A stretch of DNA of 64,000 nucleotides. Source: Antedon mediterranea (taxonomy: Eukaryota; Animalia; Echinodermata). Positions 1 to 14,700 of this stretch are shown piece by piece. The DNA is taken from the NCBI RefSeq assembly GCF_964355755.1, contig NC_092678.1, positions 3,922,422-3,986,421 on the forward strand. Direction: 5' to 3'. Position 1 is the stretch's first letter. Each line of letters begins with the position of its first letter. Under the pieces are notes generated by a model. The model did not search any database. It was not told where the DNA came from and worked only from the letters and a program-made list of their open reading frames with translations. Made by a program: the position numbers and the translations under genes.

Positions 1-1043
1 AATAACAACCATTTTTGATGATTTACATCTTCTAAATTAATTGATTTAAATTGATACACTTGATGTGTCATTGAATATATAAACCTCTGGCATGATGGCT
101 ATTTTGAGATGTACATTATTGATCTAAATTCACTGAGGAATAGACTGAGGTGACATACTGTATTAGTGGCAAGATAGACCCACTTATAAATCAATCTCTA
201 TCAGCTGCTTATACCGTAATTACTATCACAAGGAATTATATACAGTATTTCTAACAACATACAAGACACAAGGAAGCAGTGTGTAAAATAGAATAAGGCG
301 TCAGGATTTTGAATAAAGGGCCAAGAGGGCTTAACAATTGTAAAGGAAGGTCTAAATTTATTATTTTTGTATTACAAAATATTTCCTTTAAATCATAGTT
401 ACAACTGCTAAAACTACTATGTTATAGTTATAAAAAGTAATGCTGCAGGTTTGAAGTTTTACATTTGCCAAAATATAAAAAAAAATAAGTAGCAATAAAT
501 ATTGAGTTTTAAAAATTGTTTTGCTCACCAAGAGACTTCCTCTTATTAAAATTACAGTTAAAAAAAACTTGTTTAGGTATTCATATATGGCAGCGGTTTG
601 TGTGCACAAAATATAGTGAGTAAATTTAAAAAAAGGAACATTCTTTCTTTAAAAATTCTTCTTTACAACTAACTAAGAACAATATGTGTTAATTAAATGC
701 AGTTTCTTTAATTTCATGCAACATTCACTTACAATATAAAAGACAAACCACACTTAAGTCATTATAAAAAAAGATAATTGCCATGACTTATGACCATCCA
801 ATAATCCATATGGTTTTATTAATTATTATATTTTAAATAACCTTGTGATGAAAATTTGGTTTCTACATTTGAAATTTGCGAGACAATTTTATGTTTCTAC
901 ATAACTGGAGGTTTTTACATACACATGGTTACAGAGTGGGCTACATATTATAATTATTATTAATATCGGCTACATATAGTCAGTGATATGATTAATTGTA
1001 ACACTCATGCCTTAACCAAAACAATACACATAATAATACTTAC

Positions 1044-1330
1044 CACCAGCCGCGTGTTACAAATCCGGGCGGTGTTTCAGAAAAACAAAGTCTTTACTTA
1101 TCTAAAGCGAAAGAAAAAAGAGGGTATATTTCACAGAGATCCTCCCTTCTTACCAACTAAACACAACTGTTTTGCTTTAGAAATATCTCAGGCGTTTTGT
1201 TTACAAAAAACTGACCCACGATATATGATAATAACCTCCTATCGCGCCAACCGTATTTCTTTTATTTAGTCATAATTTAGAAACGTTGAAACGTAGTGGG
1301 CTGTGCCGAGATTCAAGCGATCTGATTGGC
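1044..1330 (-). promoter_or_regulatory. Probable promoter and non-coding first exon of a gene extending left out of the window
   Basis: CpG-richer patch with a CCAAT box on the minus strand (~1325) and a consensus minus-strand donor TG|GTAAGT at ~1043. No long ORF, and the sequence to the left is CpG-poor like an intron. Confidence 0.35.
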
Positions 1331-4300
1331 TGCCGTAGGTATGCGACACAAAATTTTCCATCACAGAATATGTAAGGTCAGTTTACTTCGGTTCATTACG
1401 TGTAAAAAATGGTATACTGTAGTACATTCTTCAGTTATTATGAGCTGTAAACATTGGACTTGATATGTGTATCCATTTCGTTTCATACAGTTCTTTTTTT
1501 GCAATGGGATAATTTTAATGAATAGGCCTGAATAAATAGAAACATTTTTGCTGCCCGATTACAATCTCAAAAAAAGCAATAGAAAATAAATGCTCATCAT
1601 TTTTCTTCATTCATCTTTTATTAATTCGGAATCTATCTCAATATGCATAGAAAGAAATCGCAACAAAGAAAATGAGAAAACAAAAAATATAAGGCCTATT
1701 AAAGAAGTTAATTACACTTGAAAAAATGCTTTATAAATATTGAAAAACTAAGAAAAATCTAGCTGAAGTTTTGTTTAGGTTTACCATTTTGAAAGCTGTT
1801 AACTAAAACCTAAATTTCCACAAAACTGTCAAAGATAAATAATTGTATAAAATGGTAGCAATATACTGCTACTTTTAACATTCCAGTACAATACCTGGTT
1901 TTGCATAACAGCAACTTCTTCCATTGTCAAGGTCTTAACCGTGACATTGTCATGATTTGGGCCTATTATGTAGGCCTAATCAGGCAAACTTCAGGACTTT
2001 ACAATGATGTAGAACACTATTGGTGGACAAAAGACAGATAAAACACAAAAGGCCACCGAAAAGTACAATACATAATGGCGTTCACATGAAACTAGAAAAA
2101 GTGGATTTGAAAACTGAAATAACATTTCATTCGAAAAATGTTTTATCTTACATAATAAATTTGAAACGAAAAAGTTAGTTATTTTCCATCAGGAAGTTGC
2201 TATCAACTTCCTTGTTTCATCATGTGCAATTGGAACTACAGAGAAGATCACTCAAACATGAGCATCCTCCATAATCAATATTGACCAGACTAGACACCTT
2301 ATGAAAAAAGGCGAATGTGATCAATTAAAAAATTCTTGAAATCAAATTCTTCAGTCAATGCTTACCATATTTAAAACTCATGAGTTATGATTAATTATGA
2401 TAATGGTAACCTTTGAAATTTTTTAGAGGACATAACGCTGAAATAGTTTGTCCAATTAGACAAGGTGAAGTACAATGACAAGCTATGTTATTCAGCTTAT
2501 GGAGATCTGACAAAACCTTACACAATAATGTATTTACAGTATTCTTAATTGACTTAACAACTGTCAGACTGTCGGCTTAACAATAACATTATAGGCCTAT
2601 AACAATATTGATAATTTAATTAACAAAATATATCTAATCAACATACAACACCTCACGAGATTTTAAAATAAATGTTTCGAAACGTTGACCTGACGGGAAA
2701 GTAACGTCCGTTTGTGGGTCAGCGGAGTGACCTTGAGGAAAATTTCAAGAAAACCTCAACCTTGTCCAAGAATCCGTGGATAAACAAAATGCATCAGGGA
2801 CATCTTTGCGCAATAAATTAATAATATATTCAGAAGAAAATGAAAAGTACAATGTAGGAAAACTGTACAAACTTCAACACTTTGCATCTCCCATAGTAAC
2901 AACAATTACAGTACAAGGAGAAAATAAAACACATGGATTATGTGGATTAGGGAAGGAGGCTTTGAATTATGACGTCATCCCACAATGTCATTTTATTACC
3001 CATGACGTCATAATTTCAAGGGCGACGTCAAAGACTTGCCATATACAGTGATTTGAGCGTGTTCAGTACATATTGTTTTTTTAATAGGAAAATAAATATC
3101 AAATATATCCAATTTTGTCCTGTTTTATTACTTTGTGATTTAGCATTTTAGCAAGTAGGCATTTATTCAATACATAATTTTTCTTATGAAGAAGTTACAG
3201 AAATAAAGACCAAGTGTTGACTAATTCGTAACAGGAAGACATTTCTTATAAGTCTTAAAGCAATCAATTCAAATAAACAATCGTGAATATAGTTAATAAT
3301 TAATAATTAACACAGCATTGATTTTCATTCATAATTTATCGTTTTGTGATTATTCACTGTTTACACACGTGATGTTTACTATCAGGAGCATTTCATTGAG
3401 TAAACTTTATTAGAGGATGTATGTTTAAAGTTCAGTTTACATTGGTGTACAGTTTGAAAAAGATATAAAAGATTATATTGTTGAATCAACCAATCAAAAG
3501 AAACACATAGCGGTCGGAATCAAACATTCGACACTGTAATTATCAATAATAGATGTTTACTATCGGTATAAACGCCTTCAGAGATCACAAAAGAAGAAAC
3601 GTAAATTTTCTCAATATAAAATGATAGAACTTAAAAATATATTCTTAACAAGAACATATTTGCGTTGTTGTAAATATTTTTGTTTATCGCATCAGAAGAT
3701 TATACCTATGATTATTCAACTGTTGCCTCACACAGTGCGGTACTATGCTAAAACAAATATTGTGCACGTAGGCCGTGAGGAACTGTATTATTAATAAAAG
3801 GTTAATTTGAAGTTGTTTATCAATTGGAGCAGTGAACTCGGGTTAGTGTGTTTAGCCACGTAGACCTAACGAGTTCACTAAAGTTTTCTCCTCGTATTTG
3901 CGCGAGGTAAGAAATCAAATGTTCAAGGTCAAAACAATCAACAATATTTAAAAAAGCAAGTGCATATGGAAAAAAAAAGAAAAAAAAAAGAGAGAGAAAA
4001 AAAAGCAAAGTAATTGGTAAAGTGGGATATTACTGGTGATTCATAATGAAATATTTAATTTTAAGGACTATCATATATAAATCTAACAATAGATAAATCC
4101 CATAAAGCACAAATGGATTAGGACATTACTAACGACAATTGAATAATTTACACATTTCAAAGTCACGAAATGCCTCGTGACAAAGTCAACGAGCGCGTAC
4201 AAAGTCCGTTCCATTGTGACGCTATCGGTATTTGAACGCGCAGTACGTATGATAACAGTGTGTGGTGTTAAAACTTGCAATCCATTTACGTATTAAATAA

Positions 4301-4415
4301 AATTATTGAAAACATTAAATCAAACGGGATTATATTGTATGTAGGTCTACTTAGGCGTCAGCTCATAGAGCAGTCTTAAAGTCTGGTACAGGCTAACAAT
4401 TACTTGTATCTCAGA

Positions 4416-4724
4416 CGTAGGAGGAAATATACGATGATTTCCCATTTTTTACACAAACATTAAAATCATAGCTATACTATAAAATCTTACTCATAAACAA
4501 TTTTGACAAATAAGAGATAAAAAAAAAGGAGATAGTTTAATTTTATACAGGTTCGTAGGCCTGACAGTTCCGCACCGTAGGAGGAAATACACGATGATTT
4601 CCCATTTTTTACACAAACATTAAAATCATAGCTATACTGTAAAATTTTACTCATAAACAATTTTGAAAAATAAGAGATAAAAAAAGGAGATTTTACAGGT
4701 TCGAAGGTCTGACAGAACCGCACC
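4416..4724. repeat. Direct tandem duplication, ~160/149 bp units
   Basis: CGTAGGAGGAAATA(T/C)ACGATGATTTCCC...CGCAC starts at 4416 and again at 4576, near identical apart from an indel. It explains the overlapping spurious ORFs 4487-4850. Confidence 0.9.
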
Positions 4725-5225
4725 GCACTTAATTATGTTTTGAACGCCGCTCATTACAGAAGACAATCTGTAAAAATCGCCAGTGTTACGTAATCTTATT
4801 GACGCCACTGTATTCCTGTCATTGAATATTTCTGAAAACAATAATATCAAAATGTTATGATAATAAGTTAATCAGAACAAGGCCAGATATAAGTAATTCA
4901 TCAATTTTCAATAACAAAATGAAAGGTGTAAAGCACTTTTTAAAGAGTTATGAAATTCTATGTCGATTAGCACAATGCAGTATGAGTAAGTAATTAATTA
5001 TCAAATGTCGTCTAAAAGTACAAAACAATTGAGAATGCTTAATTTGCCACAGACCACGAGACCGACAGCACGAATTGGATCAACTTCAGGAAGGCATGTA
5101 AGAAAAGACCATTAAGGTGTAATTATTACCCACAAAATATTATTGAACATATTCATAAGATAACAATTAAATTTCGTTTGCGCAATTATCATGGTCATCT
5201 TGTGGAAATCTCAGCTAAACACTAA

Positions 5226-5391
5226 AGCTTGGTTCCCACTAGAACGTAACGCAAGGACGTAAACGCAACGCAAGCGTTTTAACCAATGACAAGCGAAGTT
5301 ATAGACAGTTAGCAATCACAAGCAAATAAGCCATCGCTTGTGATTGGTCAATTCACTTGCGTTGCGTTACGTCACTAGTGGGAACCACGCT
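5226..5391. mobile_element. PIF/Harbinger-type (Tourist-like) MITE, family 1
   Basis: TIRs AGCTTGGTTCCCACTAG / CTAGTGGGAACCACGCT, 3-bp TSD TAA (5223-5225, 5392-5394). An inverted second copy lies at 56157-56335. Confidence 0.85.
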
Positions 5392-6130
5392 TAAAGGAGG
5401 ATGAAAACGTAGCCCTAAGATATTAATAAGTTGTTTTATAAAAACATACAAAAGAACATTAAACTCTCAGGTTTGTCATTTTGGGTGTAGATATTCAAAG
5501 ATTTCAAAACACCAACAAAAAGTTCAAACTTACTTATGTGTTTATTAACGTTTATTTCAAGAGGGCTGAAGGTAGAAAATGTTTTTTTATGTTATTTTCT
5601 CGTGCACATTCTGAAAATCAACACATAACAAAAAAACATATAACTGCACAATTTATTTAACTTAATATATTTACACCTATATCTCAAAAGAATATTTAGT
5701 GCAAAATACCATTTTTTACTGATCATCAAATATATACAATAGGAGACATATAAATCATTACCAAACTGAAAAAGCACATTCTGTAGACAAATAGTGTTGA
5801 AATTTGCGAATATGAATTCAAAATCTTACAAAACTTTTAGCCACTCATGTGATCTTTTAGGATATAAGTGGTTTGGATGGTTTTGTAAGGCAAGTTAATT
5901 ATGTAGCATGGTAATCGAAAAATAAAATATATATTCATATAAATACAAATAGAAAGAAAAAATAACCAAAACCAAAAAACATAAACAAAATTTTACAAAC
6001 TTTTTTTTTATCTATATTTCTTTATACATTTTTAAATATAAATATGCATATAAAATTTACTTTGAAGCAAAAGGTGAGAATAAATTCTTAATATTTAATA
6101 TTTACAAACAGAAAATATAATTGCATTTTA

Positions 6131-7804
6131 TCAAGAAGTTTCTATGCCAAGTCTTTCATCTTGTTTAACACTATCTTCATGTTTTTGTCGGTGTCTCTGT
6201 TCATGCGTTACGTTTGCAATATCTGCAACATTTTCAATAGTGTTCTCTAACTTTGTATTCACTTCATGTTCATAAGTAACAGACTGCTGTATATTCTCTG
6301 TTGAACCACTTTCTACTGGTGAGCTAGGTTCTGCTGTTGAACCACTTTCTACTGGTGAGCTAGGTTCTGCTGTTGAACCACTTTCTACTGGTGAACTAGT
6401 TTCTACCGCTGTAGGCGGTGAGTTCAAATTAGGTCTATTTTGAGACTCAGTTGATGCTGGTTCAGTCCTCCCACCCGTTTCATTCACAAAAACATCATCA
6501 CCATATTTTTCATTTACTTCTTCTATAATACAATCTTTGGTATCCATATTTTGTTCAGGAAAATCAGAAGACTTTTGAGATTTTGATCCGCGGCGGAAAG
6601 AGAATCTCCTTTTTTTACCAAATATAACAATTTCATACATAGGAGGTGGCGATCTTGGTTCGCCCTCATCAATTGAGTTCGTACGACTGCCTAGTTTGAA
6701 ACTACTAAAACGACGTCCTCTACCAGTACTCACAACGTCTGCGTATTCTGGAGGGAAGTCATTTCGAGCTAGCACTGAGCTTTCATCAAATGAATTACCA
6801 CGTGCCTCTGCAAAAAAAAAACACCAGTTTTTAAACATTCTTTTTCTATTTATTACATTGCGAAATATGCTAATTAGATAATAAGTAAGAATTACCATAT
6901 AATTCATACAGCCTATTCAGAATACTTTTTAATCTATAGAGGGCCCACCATTAATATATGATTGTATCAGAGTAATGCAAAAAGAGGGCGCACTTACAAC
7001 TTTTTCACAGAAAGGTATCTGCTTTATCAGAAATTATCTGATTTGTCAATATATAATACCAAGATAATATGCCCACTAAAGAAGATTTATTCAAAATGCT
7101 GTGTTTGTTATACTTACCAACACTAACTAATCTTGTTAATCGAGATTCACCATTAGTACCTTGTGGTCCACGTATGTGTGCTGCAAAGGCCATGCATGTT
7201 AATAGTAACAGGAATACAATACATATTACTGCTCCAGCAATTGCTCCAATTGTTGAGTACCCATTGTACCCTAATAAAAATTAAATAATAACATTTTAAA
7301 AATATTGTAATTTTGAAGTTGATGACTGTTATAGCACCCACAGTGAATTCTAAATTTTATAGTAATCGCCTTTTTAAACTGCCATGTTGTATATGATTCG
7401 TGCCTCCATTATTATCCTAATTACCTTAGGGCTAAAAGGTATTAGGAAATTAATTTCAATGTTGTAAACAATACTAATTACTATCACATTTCTAAACATA
7501 TTTTTAAAATGATGTTTACAAAACCAATTTCAATATCGTAAACAAATTTCGAAAAGACAAAGAAGTACTATCTGTAATGAATATAAAAGATCTCGGAGCT
7601 ATGAAAAGAAAATTTTTTTGCCAATGTATACAGTATAAAGAACACTAAATTACTGTAAAAATTAGGATTACACACCTATATTCTGGCAATTCTCTCCATA
7701 ATATCCTGGCAAACAAGCGCATGATCCATCAGCATTGCAAACGCCATTGTGTAAACATACTGTAGTACATGCAACCACTGTTGTAGTAATCTCTTGTAAA
7801 AAGT
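6131..7804 (-). CDS. EGF-TM-PPxY single-pass membrane protein, paralog A
   Basis: Exons 7804-7676 (EGF CTTVCLHNGVCNADGSCACLPGYYGENC), 7270-7118 (TM STIGAIAGAVICIVFLLLTCMAFAA...RLVSV) and 6807-6131 (tail with PPEY and PPPMY). All introns are phase 1 GT-AG and join in frame. Start exon uncertain; candidate 10715-10688 (MTPNTTNQP, phase 1). Confidence 0.85.
6296..6402 (-). repeat. 36-bp coding repeat x3 (SSPVESGSTAEP) in paralog A tail
   Basis: Near-identical CTGTTGAACCACTTTCTACTGGTGA(G/A)CTAG units, also visible in the translation. Confidence 0.85.
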
Positions 7805-10687
7805 CTAAAAAATATAACAGAATTATAGAAAAATTTATAAGTCGAAAATTTGTACGGTATATAAGGTATGTTGGATTTTCTTGCAATTTCTGAAAAAAAA
7901 GGTAATTTACATTGGTACGGTATGTCATGCAGAAGATAAATATAATAGTCATCTGTGTGTGTGGATATTCTTTTAATTGAGCAATGTTGGCCTGAAACGT
8001 TGCCCTGAAACGTTGCCATATAATAATAAGAGCCTACCACTACCAGTAAAATATAACCATTACTTATCACATGGTTAGTATTTCATCATTATCAAGTTAT
8101 ATTCTTGATCTGTTTTCGTTATTGATATATTTGTAGTTTTTGATGCAAAGAGATAGAAAACCCCCTGAAACACTATTTGGAACTGAAAATTCCTTCTTTG
8201 GCCGAATTTGTAACGTTTGTTTTCAATCAATTGTATGGTTTTTTTAGATTCTTTACAGAAAGCATTTGTACTGTAGTTGCAATTGACTTGTTTTGACGTT
8301 TTTCTTTGATGAAACATGTCAGCAATTAAAACATGTCTTCTAATAATTAATAACATGATATTTATTCCAAACAAGAAGAATACAATAAATGGAAAAATGA
8401 GAAACCATAAATTTCAAGTGAGTCTAATCAGGAAGTATTTTATCATACAAATGGAAGATATATAATAAAATTTTGAAAAATTGTTCACATCGAAAATAAT
8501 TCATAAATTTCCATTAACTAAAAAAGAAAAATATAATAATAAAGGAGGAAATAAAATACTGTATCTGTTTGCCTTGATTAATATTTTGTTAATCATAAAA
8601 TAAATAATTTAATACAAATTTTTTTTTGGTGTCCCAGCGAAATGTGTACACTACTTTATGAGTTGCATGACATTTTCTAGTACTGGAATGATCTTAAAAA
8701 ATCAAAACAAAACAAAAACTAACCACTCATTATAAAAGATGATCTGATATTTCTGGATTAGACTTCCGTCCACTTTTTGTTTTAAGTGAAAACTTGATAA
8801 ATGTTCAACGTTGATATTTATTTAATAGATAAACTATTAAATTTTGATTGTTGTTCTGCCATCTGTTTTTTGAAAAAGCAAGCTGCAGTTAAAAGAAAAG
8901 AAACACATTTTGTAAGTAATAAACATTTTAAAGAAAATAGACAAGGTGTTTTGTCTCAAAATCAACAGAAAAACATGTATGATGAATCAGAGCGGAAAAA
9001 GATATATCATGGGATGACAAAGATAGATCAGAGAATGAAAAAGATGGATCAGTATAAATCAAACTTGTTTACTACATGATGCACATCAGTGTAAATGTTT
9101 TCAAAAAATTAATCATATGAAAGCTTCCATGGGATATCAGGGTCAGATTAATAATATTATTGAGCATGTGCAGAAGCATGATGCTCTATTTCAGAGTCTA
9201 TTGATATATATATACAGTAAAGTACATTTTCAATAAAAGTAAAAAACAATGTTTGCATGCTTCCAATATCAAGAAGGCCCCGGGCAGCACTTTTAATAGC
9301 AAGTACTTTGATATCGGATTCATTCATTTATGCAGGTTGATGATGACTCGAGTACACCCCTGAGACTAATTGAGGCTATGCATAACATTATTATTGTACT
9401 AATTATAATACAAGTCATTAAGATGCCATTTTAATGACAAAAAAAATATTAAATCATTGTTTCCAGAAAATATAAAATAACGATGATTACTAACTCAAAT
9501 TTTCTAATTTTTATAGAAATATTTCTATACTATAAGTATTATACTGTTACTAAACATTTACTATACAGTATTTTATACATTATCATTAATTAATTTAACA
9601 AAGTACAATACACAATACAAACGTCATGGCTGAACATTTAAATGTTGTAATTTGTTGAAGACAATAGAAAAAAGAAAGGAAGGGGAAATTACTACTCTAA
9701 GTATCTAAGAGATATTAAATACAGTATTTATAGGATATACCACACACAACATAGGATATAAAGACTTAAAAAAAGGAAAGTGAGGATTTGAATCTCATAT
9801 TTATGTACTGTGAAGTTTGTGACATCCTATTTGTAAATATTACATCCTGTGTGAAAAAACAAACGGTAACAGTGAGTACTAAGTAAGTGACTAGTGGTGT
9901 TCTATCACATTGGAGGTAAAAAGTGTTGTCCAGTGCTAGTGGTAGGACATCTACATGAGTGAGTAAGGGGGATGGGTGGGGGATCTTTCGAAATTTAGCA
10001 ATTTTCTTTTTACTATCTTTTTTTCCCCTATTTACATTCAAATTGTTTGGTTTTGCTATTCCCATCTGGCACATACTGTACACTCAAGTGGGTATGATTT
10101 TGCTTAAACCAATCACAATGCAAGTCTACAGTAAATATGCTATAAACTCAACACTCCTTGCAATAAAAGGTTTACGTCTACAGTTTTACATACTGCATGC
10201 ATAATATTATTTGCTGCATGAGGTTTAACAAATATTTGATGTTTTGTTATCAATTTGAATAATGGATATGTTTATATAAACTTATACCTTTAACTGAGGA
10301 AGTAAGTGATTTGTGTTGAACTTGATTCCTAGAACAGACATGTTTACTGCAGCATCAATGTATGCATAAAATATACAACTAGCTATGTTTACACATTCAT
10401 TTCCCCATCAGAGTTAAATTGCAGTCATTTTCAAACATACAGTAGGAGCAGCCTATGGTATTTGGTGTCAAACATATATTTTAATGTAACATATATGATC
10501 ATTTTTTGTTTAATATCATTTACAAAAACATGCTATTATTAATGCTTGTATAGCTATATTCATGTTGTGTGAATAAAATGTTATACTACACACAGGTATA
10601 CTATTATTACAGTAGCATTGATGTTTACCAGTGTTTGGTAACATATTGCATATACTGGATACTACAGTATGTAACAGTAGTAGTCAC

Positions 10688-10715
10688 CAGGTTGGTTAGT
10701 GGTGTTGGGTGTCAT
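10688..10715 (-). CDS. Tentative first coding exon of paralog A (MTPNTTNQP)
   Basis: ATG at 10715, phase-1 donor G|GTGACT compatible with the EGF exon, upstream acceptor TTTTAG at ~10805, N-T-T sequon. Confidence 0.4.
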
Positions 10716-13220
10716 ACTGAACACTATTTTCAAAATACTATATTATTTCTCAACCTTTGGTCTCTTATTTCTACCTCCATGGCTGTCACAGTTTCATTAA
10801 CTTGCTAAAAACAAAAAACATGAACAGCTTTATCTCCATGGGAGAGAACGCATAGATTTATCTGTCAAGTAACTGCTAACTCCATATCAATATTGTTGAT
10901 TGTGTTTGATAGCTACACTACACAAATAATGGAGAATCTTCCTGGTTGGAGAATAACAAATCAAAGTCACACAAAATATTTTATTTCAATTTTTAAAAAA
11001 TTCTTCAGGATCGCACAGGCCATTTAACATGCAAGTTAAATTAAAAAACTCCAAATCTTATCTTTGTAAACAATATGGAGAAAACAATGTATACAACTTT
11101 TGTTTTAATTACTCTATATAATATTTGTAAAATTTAATTAAACAGGAAAATCTGTGCAATATCATATCTACAGTAGACTAGGTAATATAATGGATAAACC
11201 AGTTCCATAACATTTGGATAAAACTCCTTCTATCTATGTAGACGAAGATTCAATAGTAGTTTTGTCTGGTAATTTACATGAAAGAAATAAAATTGAAACT
11301 GATATCAATCCATCGGTGCCTTTCAAAGGTAAATTAACATGGATTGATGGATGTGTACTGCAAACATCATAATCACATACTTATTAAAAACTAATGGCTA
11401 AAAGCTGTTGTAATAATGTTCATGTATATAATACATCAAACTGTAATTATGGATATTGTCTGTGGTTACTTTTGTAAAATGTCCATAAAGATGTCTATAA
11501 ATTCAATTAAAATACAATTAAAAACAAAATTTTAATCTTTAATCAGTACAGTACAAAAAAAATGTCCTCATTATAATAACTTTATTTGAAATTACCAACT
11601 TTAGCAGGAGTTCATAATATAAAACCATAACAAAATACAATAATGTTTTAATATTACGTTGTTCTCAGCTTCATATTTTGCCCAATTTTGATGTAAATGG
11701 AATTAAAAAAAATATAATATTTGAAAGGTTTTTGTTGTGGTTTGTACTTAGTTCCTGTTGAATTTAAAAAGATTGAATCGAAAATTCTGAGAACAGATCC
11801 TTGTAAGAGATTTAGTGCAAAGTTTACAGGAATTAGAATACTTTGTCTTGCCTATATCTCTTTTTCCTGTTCTTTAACAAAAGTATGAACAGTAACAATG
11901 GAGTCTGTAATCAAACTAAAGGAGCAAATGTTCCTGATTTAATAGCAAAGTGTAAACAAAACAAACAATTGATTCATTATATATTTCTTATAAATAGACC
12001 ATGCATAATAATATTTTTACTGTAGTAAACTCTTAAAAAAAACAAAATTAAAGATTTGAACAACAAAACAGTTTAGGAAGCAAAAGTGGCCCTCCAATGC
12101 TGGTGGCCTTTTATATTTTGTTAAAAGCTTTTTTAAAAATATATTTTAATGCCTGTTGTTTTCTTTGGGCCCTTCTCAGAGGTCCTCAGGACGCTCAGGC
12201 CTATGCAAGTTTATCCATGTAAACAAGGTATGGCATAGACATAGAAGTGTTAGAAATGGACGGCCATCATTGGCTACTTACCTTCGATCAAACACACTCT
12301 TTTTTATTTCCTACAAACCTGTAGACTATATAAATATGCAGTAATGAGTCTATGATATTAACATTAAACTCTATACAAATAAACAAACCTCTCACCTACG
12401 TACTAAACGAGAAATGACTACTGTTCACGACGTCACAAATTTTAATCCATTCATAGCTTGTTGATTATAGCCATTTACTATACAAAAAAATCAGGGTCAA
12501 GTGAACAAGGTTGAGGTCAATGACAATAGGCTATCTATCATTCATATGAATATTATAAGGAATTTTTAATAGTATATAATTCTTTGTCACTACCTAACTA
12601 CTGTAACTGGGGTAAGTTTACCTTCTAATTTCATTTGTGCTGACTTGAATCCTAAAAACAATGACTGTGCTATATCCTCAAATGACATATTGCGATTGAT
12701 CAAAGAAAGGTCATCCCAAACAAATCAAATTAATTCATTTATTTTGTAGGCTTTGATCAGAAAACGATCTGTCTATTGATACATAAAATTAAAACGGCAT
12801 CCTATTCAAATTTATTTTAAAGCATAGGATTTACATAGTATCTAATGGATAGACAATTGTATTTACATCTACTTAATTTGTCTATTAACAAAATACACGC
12901 TGTCCTATTATAATTTAATAACACAATATGTTCTTATATTGATCGATATATTCACAACAGTAGCAGCATATAAATCATTTTAGTAATCATTTATCCATTA
13001 GAGAAGCTCTTGATGTGAAAAAAAGAATGGTTGGTGCATTAACTCATTTGACAATATGAAAAGACGTTGAGTTTCTTTCGGAAATAGATCATTTCTTTGA
13101 AGGATTCTACTCAGTTTGGAGGATGAGACTATTAGTACAGTATCCCAAAAAATCCAGTGCGAGTGCTTTTACCCGGCAAAACTTACACTTATTCTTTCTG
13201 AAGTCTTACCTTGACTGCAC

Positions 13221-13310
13221 GGTAAATCTCACAGAGCAAAGAAAGTCCATTAAAACTCACAGAGCCAAAAACATCTGTGTCATGGATTTTCTTGGCTCTG
13301 TGAGTTTACC
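13221..13310. repeat. Foldback/inverted repeat (MITE relic or hairpin)
   Basis: A ~29-bp unit GGTAAA(T)CTCACAGAGC(C/A)AAGAAA(A/G)TCCAT occurs twice forward and once reverse. Perfect 16-bp stem 13253-13268 / 13292-13307. Confidence 0.7.
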
Positions 13311-14639
13311 ACACTCAAGATGTGCTGACAGTGGTAAGATATCCCCTTCCTGAGGAGTTGGTAAAATACTGTTACAAATTAGTCCAATTCGATTTTCGCA
13401 TAAGACATAACGCAATCACAACCAACAACAACTTGGTGATGATCCGCTACTAGTGATTGATTAATTAATTGTGTGAAGGTCTTGTATTGGGATGTGCTCA
13501 TCCTTTTAATTTACATTATGTTTTTTGTTACAGTATAGTATCTAGTATAAAGAAGAAAAATGGAAACTGTATCCTAGTAGAAACCAAGCCCAATCATCCA
13601 CCCCTTCACGGTAAAATGGTAGAATATTTTTACCCGTCAGTACTCTACTGTATCTTCTTTTTTCAAGGCCAATGAACATATTTTACTATTAAATATTTCA
13701 ACTGTTCATCTTTAAATCAAGTACTGACTGAATACTTGATTCCTCCCTGATGTAATTATGAATGAGCAGATTGAATTATTTGTCCATTAGTTTGTTTGCT
13801 ACAGTATACCAAACTTAATGATCGATGACTATCTCATGTGACCAATTAGGTTTATAAGAAGTCTACAGGCTTACAGTAATTTCGATAAAATCTATTAAAG
13901 CACGCAAAAATAGACTAGAGTACACTTACTCTCGTTATAATATTATTCTGTTAATAGTAGTAGGAGGCACACAAATATTTTAAAATAATTAATATTTTAT
14001 TGTAAGAAAGCAGAAAAAACCTGAATCTGTCTCGGTGATAATATTAGAATGAAAAATATGTAAAGATTAGTATGCCTGCGAGACTGAAAATTCACCTAAT
14101 TTTATAATACGACACATGTTCACGTAGCTTATGAAACCTCAAATGCGATCTGATTTGCATGTCATAACTAATTATTCAAAAATTACAATTGACAAACAAA
14201 ACCTAATTAGGTAATACTGCACTATGCACATATTTGTAGATTTTAACTCTAATGCATCGTTCATACATGAAAGTATATGTAAAATAGGCTAATTGTAAGC
14301 TTATTAACTTTATAAAAAAAAATAGTTGAGATTGAAAACTTTCTCGGACTACTCACAAAACTCATCCTGAACAAACATATGGTCAATAAAATAATGAACA
14401 TATCTATAATACTGTACCAGCAAGTTCTAAATGATGGCCTTGTTTTTCAATGTTAGAGTTAAACAGTATATATTATACGGGAGTGTCTTAATGCCAAATA
14501 ACCTCTGAAACCCAATATCATTATAATCAAAGAATATCGTTTTTAAATTAATTAATCAATTACTGTAATTAAATAAAATTTCAGTATATCACCAGGCGGT
14601 TTAGAATTTCTTCTAATGCTAATAAATATTTATATATAT

Positions 14640-14700
14640 ATACAGTATATACAGCAGTATATACAGTAGTATATACAGTAGTATATACAGTAGTATATAC
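14640..14700. repeat. 12-bp minisatellite (TATATACAGTAG)n
   Basis: About 5 tandem units visible. Confidence 0.8.

Noticed and set aside
388-5777. Numerous 60-95 aa ORFs in the first 6 kb
   Set aside because: Low-complexity AT-rich translations without domains or consistent splice structure.
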